Of a stretch of 64,000 nucleotides of DNA, positions 40,901 through 52,900 are shown piece by piece. The position numbers and the translations under genes are program-made. Under the pieces are notes generated by a model. It did not search any database, was not told where the DNA came from, and saw nothing but the letters and a program-made list of their open reading frames with translations. Within the stretch, counting starts at the first letter, position 1. Each line of letters starts with the position of its first letter. Source of the DNA: Phoronis australis (Eukaryota > Animalia > Phoronida). Where the stretch lies: contig NMRA01000397.1 of NCBI GenBank assembly GCA_002633005.1, forward strand, positions 97,217 through 161,216. The letters are read 5' to 3'.

Positions 40901-43900
40901 TTATGTGGGTGGGGTGTCCTGCTTTAAAACTAGTGTTTTGTATTATGGGAATTAATATCATTAACTCCATTTTAACATAAAACACTGATTAATCTCCCTT
41001 TGATTAACAAGACTGCATTGAATTTAATTTTCCAAAACAAGGAAAATTGAAAATACACAAAATTCATGAAGTTCATTTGCTAAGCTGACCTGAGCAAGTT
41101 TTTGATGGTTGATAACTGTGGTGTGATTGTCTACCCTCCTGTGTGTTAATTTTGTCATCAATGAATTTGTTTTCTTTCTGTGTAAGAAGACAACGCGGAC
41201 TCAAAAACCAAGAAGTCTGCTTATATGGGTTACAGTCAACAGCTGCTATTGAATGTGCTCCGTCACACAGACAATGTGTCATTCCTGGAGAAATATGCCC
41301 AGGATTTGTTGGCATTGGCTGAAAAAGGTTTGAGGTTTTATAAGAGATTAAAGTGCTGTTTACTAAACGAAGCAAGCTAAGTAAGAATAGTTATTTTTTT
41401 TATTCCGTTTCGTTCATATGTTCGGGATAAAACTCTGCATTCAACTGAACATTGATGAAGTAGCTGACCTAGAGACATGAGTGTAGGGTTTTATTCTGAA
41501 CATATGAACGAAACGGAATAAAGACTGTCAATAACGAAAAGTGTCGTGTGTTTAATCATTTCTGCATATCAGAAAACTTGCCCCTGAAGTACAACTGGTA
41601 GGTGTATATATCTTTTTGCTGTTTTGTAGTTCTTACCGTACTGGTAGGGGTATGTATCTATTTGTTATGTCTTTATTCTTACTGGTAGGTGTACCTATAT
41701 ATTAGCTAATGTATTTTTGTTCTTACCAGTAAGTGTATTTATCTATTTGCTATGTCTTTGTTCTTACCACTAGATGTGTGTATCTTGTCTGTTTTAGACC
41801 TGCCGGAGATAGTGTCCTGGCTGGAGCCCTTCAAGAAGCTGCGTGGACCCCTGGATCATGAGTACGTGCCTGAGCTAGTCTCCTTCCTCAAACAATACAG
41901 TGATGACATCATTGATGTGCCCAAGGGCTTGGTGACGGTAATGAGAGCCCTAAGGCATCTAGCTCTGGACCCCAATGTCAAGATACGTGATGGTAGGTGG
42001 AGGTACCATGCTGGATAAGGCGGACTCACTTGCAACAATCATCGGTTAAAAGAGAACTGATGGCATGTCTTTGAAGTTGATCTGAAAGAACAACTGTTTG
42101 TATTGTTAAAATTTTGATGAAACATAAGTTGGATAAAACTGGTAGTACTGAGTGGTGGTATGGTCAGATTTGGTGGAGACTGCAGAAGTACACACAGCAT
42201 CTGAAAATAATTAGCGAGAAATTTCGGTTCTGAAATTCTGGTTATTTTTGACTGCAGGAGAGTCATGTTTTGAAAATTTGCTGCAAAGCATTTTTGAGGC
42301 CTTTTTGCATCGAAGACAGAAAAGTTTAACGGGTTGCTTATCACAGTTTGTTCAGTCATGTTATTCCGCAACTATGATTACAAGTATGTCAAGCTGATGC
42401 ACTAATTACAGATTAGAGGTAGAATAATGATTGAAATTATGACTAAATTTATGAAACTGTAAAAAGAATGTCAATCTAACTAATTTTAATTGAATTGTTC
42501 AAAGCGTACCCTTCAATTCTTTCATTTCCAGCCCCTCGAGAGTTAAAGCATCAGTATGTCTTAGTGGAGCTTTATCACCTGGACTGTTTACCTGCATTCC
42601 TCAATATATTACAGGTGAGCTAAATACCTTGCTGCTTTACAGCCTTGTTATTTGCCAATAAATTATTTAATACTCATAATCAGTGCATTTATCAAAACCT
42701 CCTGTCGTTTCAGAGGCTTGCTATTTGTGAATATGTAACCCAGAAATTGTGCATTGATGTTGATTATAAGTCATCCACTACTTTATATTTGGAAAGTTAT
42801 AAAATAACCTATAATTGACTTAATTGATAGTTACTGGCAACATTTCGTCAACCACTACTGACTTTATCTGTTGTGACACTTCTATTGGACATTGTCAAGA
42901 ATGAATTAAATGGCATGAAATCTTTGGTTACATTTGTTAATGGAGATGAGATGTGGTCTAAGATGTAGCATGTCACACACCTAGGACCGAGAGTTACTGA
43001 ACATTTCTTGCCATTCGACTCTCTCCATTAAATGTCATGCAGGCTTCATAAAGCCAGCAGTGGTGGATCAAATGTTGTTGATTATTCTCAAGTAAGTCCA
43101 GTATAGGTTCATAACAATTTCCACCAAATTCTAGAAGTAGTGCATTTACTATTATCTATATTAAAATATATACATATGGCCATAGGCCCAAAGTATAACA
43201 TGTTCAAGACAGTACATTGTCAGGTGCGTTACAGACTGGATTGTAAATTGTAACGTTTAAGAGCATTTTGGACAAATTATAGAAGCGGAATGACAAAAAT
43301 GATTGCTTATTAAGTACTTAACCCGAAGGTCTTGGTACGCACTGCAAACTAACACAACATGGTATTCTTCCTCCACACGTCCGAAATTACATAACATACG
43401 CAACCTAGTTCCATAAGAATATTTGCGTGGCAACCTCTTTCCACTTACCGTACTAGTAAGTGTGATTTGAGCATCGCAATGGAGTTAGAGACTGGATAAA
43501 AACATGTGGAATACTAACTATTTCTAAATAATTTGCTAAACAATACATTGTTTTAAACCTCACATAGTTAGACAGTTTTGCATTACATTCGATATAAGGG
43601 ATTATCAGCTTTGCAAATAACATTTGCTGATGTGCTGGGAAAAAAATGTACGCTTGTTTCACCACACCTTGATTAATCCATACATCTGAAAATCCATATG
43701 CAGACAAAAGTGTACTTACAAAAGTTGCCCAACTGTAAGAAGGTCTTCCGATCAGGTCTGACTGAAAAAGCATATAATATGCTGCCTTTACGCCACGATT
43801 ACGAGCCATCCCCAGTATTTTGAACGAATATTTTATGCAGGAAACATAATCTTTAGTATACAATGTGAATTGACCATATATTGCCATAACTGCTGAGTTA

Positions 43901-46900
43901 GAATAGCAATTGCCTATTTGTAAAATGCGTTCACAAAACTTGATATGTACATTTTCGAATTGTTCATATTCCTTAAAGCCCCATATCTCAGTGCCATAAC
44001 ACAAAGGGGTATGATCCGTTTTTTCAAATAGGTGAAAGGCTATAAATAGAGGTAGACCACAACATCTTCGCTTTCAATTATAAATTGCACAGGCAGCTTT
44101 ATTTGCTTGATGGCTTTGGTCCACAAAACTTTTGAAATATTAAACAGTCCAATGTGCACTTATCCAAATCACTCTACGGTTATTTCCCTCTATTGTTTTT
44201 TTCCAACCCTGTTGAGTTTCTTTCCTAGAATTGGCCAACATTACATTAAAACTTCTTAATTTATATTTTATATACGATGCAAAATGTTTGATTTCTGGAC
44301 TGAGATAGCAATGATTACGGTAATCAAATATTTGCCTTCAAAATTTGGGTCTTCATTAACCATTCAAGTGTGTGTTACAGAATGTTGCATACTAAAAGTA
44401 CGAGACACAAGTAATCGGACAAAATACTGTTTGTCCGTCATAATGACTAATTGTATTTTATAGCAAAATGACTGGTAATAACTATCAGGGCGGCGAAATT
44501 CTAATGAGAAGACTGGCTTAGCTAAGTTTATTAATAACTTTGGTTTTAATTCCTTTCATTCTTGCTCAGAGGCAAGACTACTCTGACAATGAATTTCGTT
44601 TCCACCCAGTCACGACGGGCCAATTCATGGCTGCCAACCATTACGGATTTATCCATATTCTACGTACATTCAGGGTCTAAAAAATTACTGCATACTGATT
44701 TTTATGTGTTATGGATTTTAAGCATTTATTTGTCTTCAAAAAAGTCTGTTGAAAATAAAAAATATCTTTAAAATTGTGATTGTTTCGAAGTGTGAGATCA
44801 TCAAAGATCGAGGCAGGCATTACCAGATATGTGACGGAAATTATCGAGAATGCGTGAGCCGACGCATCCTGAGTACCAGTGTAGGATGCAATTAGCATAC
44901 GAAATTTCCCTTTTGTGATTGGTCAGTTGCATTTTTTTGTGTGGGACTGGCGAATGAAAAATAAGCTTACTTGATTTTGCATTATGGGATATTGCATGCT
45001 GTGAAATTCTTTTTAAGATGTCGAGAGTGAAATTTCGGAGACAAATATGCCTGTCCAATGAATTAGATTGTACTTAGAAAACGGGAATGTAATCAACCAC
45101 ATTTATTCAAGCTGTCTTCAACACTGAGAACCCTGATGCCTTCAATACCATAATGGATCAGGAATTATGAGATATCAGGATTTGTGGGGCCTTGGTAGTG
45201 CGGGAAGGAATCGACTATGTCAACAACAAAAGCCAAAAAACATCGATGTGGCAAGCTGAGTTACGACTTAATGTTGCTTTTTTGTTAAACACAATTTGAA
45301 ATTGAAAATTGTTGTTTTGGGGTGTATTGATCCATCTTGTGATTGAAACTTAGACTTTCTGAAAATGGAAATCACTCAAGTTTGCACTTGCTTTCACTTG
45401 CAAAATACAGATTTTTAACATGAAAGTTACAGATTATGTCCAAAATGGGTTGGCAGCCTGGGTCATTTTGTCTGCATGCTTTTGCCTTGTACTTTATCTG
45501 AGTTTGCCATGAACATACACCTGAAGTTGAATCCTATAAGTTATTTCTTTGCAGAAACTTAGTGAACTTCAGCTGTATAACTGGCAGAGAGGCCTTCCTC
45601 ACATGCCCAATCAGATGGTGACGTTCATGAGCATTATTCAACCAGCTCTCAGTATCGTACGTGCCACGCTGCAGATGTTAATACTTGCTCGCAGCGCTGA
45701 GGTAAGTACACACTTAATCTTACTATTTCTTGTTTCACAGTTTGTTTGGATGATAACCTCATTGTAATATCTGTGTGTCAAATTGTTTGTTTGATAATTT
45801 GGTATAAAAAAGGAGCCTCGTTAGGCAGTGAGTCATCATGGTAAAACATTGTAATGTGTGTAAAGTGTACCTTGTACAGAATCTGAACAACTGTATCTCT
45901 CACTTCACTATTATGGATGTTACCTGAGCTGTATGTTGGCACTTGCTGTCCTGTGTAAATAATTATCCGGTAATGTCTAATGAATAGACGAAACGTTGAT
46001 TGAACATGAACTTTTTTATATGTGCGGTGATCGTCTGGTTTTTAATCTATTTACAACTGGTTCCTTATTAACTTTGGCTATCCATTCTTCTTGCCAATGA
46101 GTGTTCATTGTATGTATGAGTATAATGACAACTAGTCATAAAGGACCTGGCCACGAGTGTCATGGATTTCACGAGGATAGCCACAGTTGATTTACAAAAC
46201 TCTTCAATTGACTTGTATTGTATGTCCTGTTTTCAACCTTGTTATTGCCTGGCCACAGTTCAAGGACACCAGCAGCCTTCACACGTTATTCACCATACAT
46301 ACTCTATTGTGCACCGTACCACCCAACATCAGTGAGGACGACATGCAACGTATACAGGCAGACATCTTGGATTGTCTGCTAGCCTTCACCCAGCCTGTTG
46401 TGTTAACAGCAGACGGTAAAGATTCCGATGAAGGTTTGTTTTTGGATCATGAATGTTATCTTACATATCGCAATCTATGTTATTTAGTAATTCAGACTTC
46501 TCGACCAGAATCATCATTCTGAAAACAGTGCTCGACACCTAGCTTGATGCCATCTCGTGTTAAGCGATGTCGAAAATCCCAGGTAGTCAAACAAAATCTG
46601 AGGTCACCAAAAATAACACATTAAAACCGTGGACTAAAAAGAAAGGTCTTGTGGTACTCCATTCTCAAAAACTTATGTATACGTTTTCAATTTCTCCCTG
46701 TAAAAAATATCTACCGTTCAATCTCTAACTCGATTGCTCTTGCCAACGAAGATAGATTGCACACTATGGATTATACTGAATGTGCATGTTTCACTGATCT
46801 TGCCCGATTTTTGCCAAACAGTTATGACTTCCGTCTGTTTTACTCCCTGTTGTATTTTAAGTGCGTGTGTGATGTGTGATGTGCGCTGACTGCTGTGGTG

Positions 46901-49900
46901 GCAAATACACTGTATTCACGAAATAAACGGAAAAATTTTGCACCAAAAAATACTAAATCTAGAAAAACTGTTCAGAAAGTCAACACAGACTTTGAAATGA
47001 ATTTCAGGGGAATTATTGTGTGACTTTGATATTCGCAGTTTCGACTTTGTGTGGAAACTTGGGATTTTTTTCAAGTCGCCAAAATACAATGCGGTCGCAA
47101 TGCGACCTGCAGGTCGCCAAATCGAGCACTGTAAAATCTATTGGTATACTTACACCAACCTCTAGTCTGTATACATTGGTTCGATATTTTAGTTGGTCAG
47201 TTCTCCGGCCATCTTCAGGTGTTGATTAAAGCGTTTTTAAAGAACGAGCATGGGTGAGTGGTACACTCATGGCGCTCAGTGATGAGCTCTTTAATTTTTT
47301 TCTGAGCTAGATTCTCCATGCTCAGAAGCCCTTGGTTCATTTGTATAAATGGTACACTAACCTAATTTCTTTATTATACATATGGAACGACACTTCATCT
47401 AGAGTTGTTTCTACACTATACAGCATAGATTTTGTGTAAACTTCTGTATAAGTGTATTGCTGTGACTGGTCTGACTGATGATGTGTCCTTTTGTGGCTTG
47501 TTCAGATGTCTTGTAGTTACATTTCTCGTATGATATTGTTTGGAATGTCTTGGTTATAAAGGCTTCTCCACAGCAGTTCTGCAACTCTAATAACATCTGG
47601 TGCCACTTTTGATGACTTATACCTCAATATGTCAGGGCTATTTGTTTCGCTAGTTTAAAGCTCTTTTAAAAGTATTTCATCTTGGCACATTACAATTTGC
47701 ATGTCAATTTCTGTGAATTTACAAATGAATGTTTTTTTCATGCACATAGTGTTGTCGCACATTGTAGTCGTCTTCACTTGGTAGGTATCAACTCAATGTC
47801 TCAAAAACCTGTAGTTGTATCATTATGAAATTTGGCACAAGGTTGGAGGGCATGTCACTTATCATTCTGCTCTGTCCACCGGGCCCAGAGGGATGTGTCT
47901 TCATTGTTTTCTGGGGAAGAGCATTTCCGGGTGATATTTGGAGAACCAATGGATAGATTTCAATAGAACTTTACACATGTATGTGGTATGTGATTACATT
48001 GCGCCACCACCAGTCGATTTTTGGGCGGATTCAACTACTGCAGCATCCCCAAGTGGCCATTTTGTTCCCGACAAGGTGGGTTTTCAGTATTTTTTAGGAA
48101 GAATGAGATCTGGAAAACTGGTTAACAGATTTCTTCGATACTTGGTTCAGGTGGATTTATGTGATGACAGTGCACTGGCACAAATTAATTTTTGAACAAA
48201 TTTGAGCTTTGCTGCACCCCTTTGTGGTCATTTGGTCTTGACAAGGAGATGTTCAATATTTTTGGTAAGAAGAATGTTTCTGGATGATATCTAAATAACT
48301 GATTTGACGGATTTCATTGAAACTTTGATGGTAATGCGCTGATACCAGTCAATTTCTGGGTGGATTTGACTGCTGCAGCACCCCCTAGTGGTCATTACAT
48401 TTTTGAGATTATGGCAGCTACCATTTTTTAGCAGATTCCTGCAAGTGTTTAGCTCATTATACAATTTAGTGTCCATCTTTCTATCTACCAAACCTCATGA
48501 TAGTTATTTATGAAAAGAAGTAGACTTGCCTGACCTGTTAATGTTTGAATGCCGGGTGATTTGTCGTTTTATGGAGTGTTTTATTTCTTTCTTGCAAAAT
48601 TTGAATACTGTTCATTTTTAAAGTTTTTCTTTTGATGTATGTTTTAAAAGTTGAGGTACCAACACCTTTCGACCTTTCAATACTCAGTGCTTAGCTTAAT
48701 GCCCACTCGCCAAATGAAACTTAGAAAAAATCCCAGGTCGCCAAATGAAAACTGAGGTTGCCAAAACTGAGGCCAGAAATTGTTGACCAAAAAAAAAAAC
48801 AAAAATGTCGTGCTGTTGTCATCATTAGTTACGCATACCTCTTCTATTTCTCCTGTAAATTCACACCATTCTCTAGATGTTGTAGTATACTTCGCTGTGT
48901 CAGACGTCTCCCATTTTTTGTCGTCCAAAGGGTTTACCGTCTCTCTGGTCACTTAAACAATGTTTACCTGAGCTCATAATGTATTCACATATATTTCCAA
49001 GACGTATTTTGTTTGCTGAATTCATCTTACCAACGGAGCATGCATACATTTGAAAACTGGATGTCCATGTTTGTTTCATGGTCCAACTTTGTCCCATTTT
49101 TGCTGAACAATTCCAAGTTCTGTTTATTTACTTCCTTGAGTGCGTGTTAGATATGTGCTGACTGCTGAGGGTGCAAATCTAATTTTACAAAATTATGGAA
49201 CAATTGTGAACCAAGGGTAACAATGAAAAATGTTTTTAATTGAAAGTTTCGAGTGAATTATTGTCTGACTTTGCTACTCATTGTGACGATTTTGTGTTGT
49301 TTTGGATTTTCCTAGGCCGCCAAATACAATCTGAAGTCGCATTGGTGAGCTGCAGGTCGCCAAATCAAGCACAGCTTTTGCTGCTACCCCTTGTGATCAA
49401 ATTGTTTGTTTCTTTGTACTTCACGTGAAAGTGATAAGCAAAATAAGCACCCCTTGAAGAATATTGTTTGTAGTACACTGTTGGTGCGTGTCAACGCTTT
49501 GTATTTCTCTCATTAAACATCAGTACATTTGCTGGACAAGTCATGACCTAAAGCATATGTTGTGCTTAAGTGTTAATTAGTTGTCATTATTTCAGCTCTC
49601 AGTAAGAGTCTGTGGACAAGCATGATGAGAGAGTTGTTCAAGTATACTCTGACCACCCCCTACACCTTCTTAAGTGGACTGGCCCTGCTGTCAGAACTAC
49701 TACCCCTGCCACTTCCTGTACACACTCGGCAGGTAAATAATGTATTGAGTGTACAGTTCATGTGTATCAAGAGCTACATACCCATCAAGTAAATAGAATG
49801 TTTCACAAACTTGCCATACATTTCTGGTTTGTGTTTGTTGTCCAATGTTTGATTTGTGTAATGTGCAGTAACTGTTTCTCTGTTAAACAGAAATTTCCTG

Positions 49901-52900
49901 TGCTCATTCCATGAATCTTGTCTTAAATCCAATGTTTGGTTACCAGCATTCACTAAGACTACTTTGAATTATGTGCAGGTTGTTAGTATAAGGTCTGTGC
50001 ATGTAATATGTCAGTATTGTGTGTTATAATGCAGGAATTGACCGGAAATGAACTCAGCCAGGCTGTGACCAGCAGGAAGCTGTGGAGTGTCCACTTACAT
50101 CCACTGACTAGTCAGATCCAGGCGGTCATCTCCACTTTAGCTGGTGTGTATCTTTATTATTAATCCTGTACAATTAAAAAACCATGTGAGTGATTGGTTT
50201 GAAATGAAACATGTTTGGTTTTAGCTATTGAAATGTGTCAGTCCATTGACATATTAAGTTTTGGTTGTTTTTAGTGTCAGCAAAAGTGTCAACCAATGGC
50301 TTCGTTTTGTGCAACATTAAATGTGTAACTACAGATTAAAGTGGAAATGAGCTGTCAAAAAGCTATGAGTGTCGTCATTAGATTACAAGTTGTAACAATA
50401 CTGGTTATCAATTGTTTTTTGTCAACTTTTTGTGTATTCTTCCTTCAGATTCTGGCTGTTTACAGATCCAACATGTTTTACGGAGACTGTGCTGGCAGAT
50501 AGCTGACCTAGGTGTATCACCAGCCACGATGGTAGTTAGGTAAGCAGGGCAGAGTCATCTTGAGCTTGTATAAGCAAAGGCCGTATGCTTAGCTAAAGCT
50601 AAGACAGTTGTTGACACTTGGTAGTTAAGTGAGGTTCCCGTCAGTTGCAGTGTTCTGCTCTTGTAAAGAACTCCGTGTTATAACATCATTACGGCGTTTT
50701 CCCGTTGCTCCTAACTTCGATTTTATAGCCCAACAACAAGTTGGGAAGATGACCCCCGTAGCCAATATCTTACTCGACTGATTAACTCCATTCTGGCATT
50801 GATGGTTGGAGAGCCAGCTCTCTTTTGTTCGACAATTGCTCTTATCTCCAATAAGATGATATCCAGCCTGACTGGGCTATGCTGTTAAAAATAAAAGTTA
50901 AGCTATAACCTTTTGGAACATAAACCAATAGCATTTCTGAAATCATCGTCAAATGGGGATAGTGTTTAGTTTTTGAATTGCCAAAATCGCCCAACTACAA
51001 CCGAAGTTACGAGAGTCTATTCTTTCCGAACGTACCAATTCGCTCTGAGTTTGACTTTGTTCACATGTGATCTGTAGTAAACCTGGTATATAACTGGTCA
51101 GCCTGTTGTCATACCAGACAGAAGACCAGCCAAAGAAGCTAGATGTTATCACACACTCACAACCCCCTACGTCTGGTAAAGTCACTGAATGGGAAAACGC
51201 TGTCATGTCTTGGGTACGACTGGACCTATGTCTTTTGGTAAAGCAAACTCCTTTTGGCAAATGGGGGAATGTGATATGGATGTTTAGAGGGCCCGTGCCA
51301 GACTCACAGAAAATGGTCAGGGCAAACGTTGTACACTAATAATGATTCGAATAATGTATGTCTAACTAAAGTTTCCTCTAACATCTGACCATAGCATATA
51401 AAATTGAGTTATTGTAAGTTTCACAACAGCTTTCTGTCAGCAAACACTGAATTAGCTGGGCTCACACGGCCTCTGTGCCCGGTCAATTAGCTTTATTGCA
51501 TCTAAAGCTGGTAACCCAGTGATAATTCATTGCTGGCTTCTCAAAACATTTATACACTCCCGAACACTCCAAAGGCATTACAAGTATTGTATCTAATGAG
51601 ACAGACTTAGACACTGTTTTTCAGTTTCATATAAGCATTGGTTGGGGTGACAATAATTCATTTTGAAACACAAGGCACAACAATAAGCATCTACATGGAA
51701 ACTTGCAATTCTGACGTAGACGAGTGCTCATCAGTCTCTTTTGCTGCCCTGGCATGAGCTGTTTGGTAAGCCGGCATTCGTCAGTGAAATCACTGTTGAT
51801 GAAATGCTGGCCACAGACACGGAAATGTTTCACGGCCTCATAGTTTGTATTAACGTCGTACTTTTCATTCTTCACTGCCGTGAGCCACTTCCGAAGTATT
51901 TCGGGTTCTCGAGGAAATCAAAAAATTAATATACCGTATTCGCCCTAATAACTGCCCAGGGTGCTTAGAAAAGTTCGTTTCATGGGGTGGGTGCTTATCA
52001 TAACCCAAGGCGGATAAAACCCAGTCTCCGAAACGGGTGAAATGGGAAGCTAAGATTCGTCATATTTACGCTCTGTGATGTATCTGTAACCTATGAGAGA
52101 CTTTCTACAAAATCGTGGTGCATTGCTATCAAACTTTGCTGCGGCAGGTTTAAGTACAAATCTGCTACATCGTGCCATCTTTGATCGCCAACACGAGAAA
52201 AATCTCTGGAGGAACACTCATATTGCTAAAGAAATTTGCACGAGCAGTAGGCCTAAACCAGAACGTGTTTCATTCAGCACTTGCCGGTTTCATGTGCTAA
52301 AAACGTTTACATTTGTCTCAGTTTAAAGGTCCATACTAATCGCCGTGTGACTGGATGCGTACGTGGCTATCTAAGACTTATTTTCGGTGTAAGGGTGCGT
52401 AAGCATTCACTGCCAGTGGTCATTTTATGGTATATTTGGCTTAAAACACCAATTATGGTTAGTCAAATAATCCATCCAAAAAATAACGCAAACATTTTTT
52501 TATAGTGTTAGAAACTGCCGATATTCATTTCTTGCCGATGCTATGCTACCCGTTTCATGAATAGATAGTTCCCGACTAATGTCTTAGATGACATGTTCAT
52601 GTATGTAGCGTGCGCTTCCTGGCCACGTGCTTTTAACATTGGTCAAGTTTTTTATTAGTCTTCGATTCGCGGTTTTCACGTGTACAAAGAAATTTGGATT
52701 CCTGTTGAAAACCAGAAATACCTACAAAGCAATCCCATAGACAAGTACACTACGTCTGTTCTGAAAGGCCAGACCATTGGTCCTCGCAAGGTCAGCAAAA
52801 CTTTTGTGTTCGTTTTGAGGCACGGCGGAAGTTTGAAGTGTATAGTCACACCTAAATACCGACATAGCGGCGAGGCTCGTGGTCTACAAATTCTGCGCGC

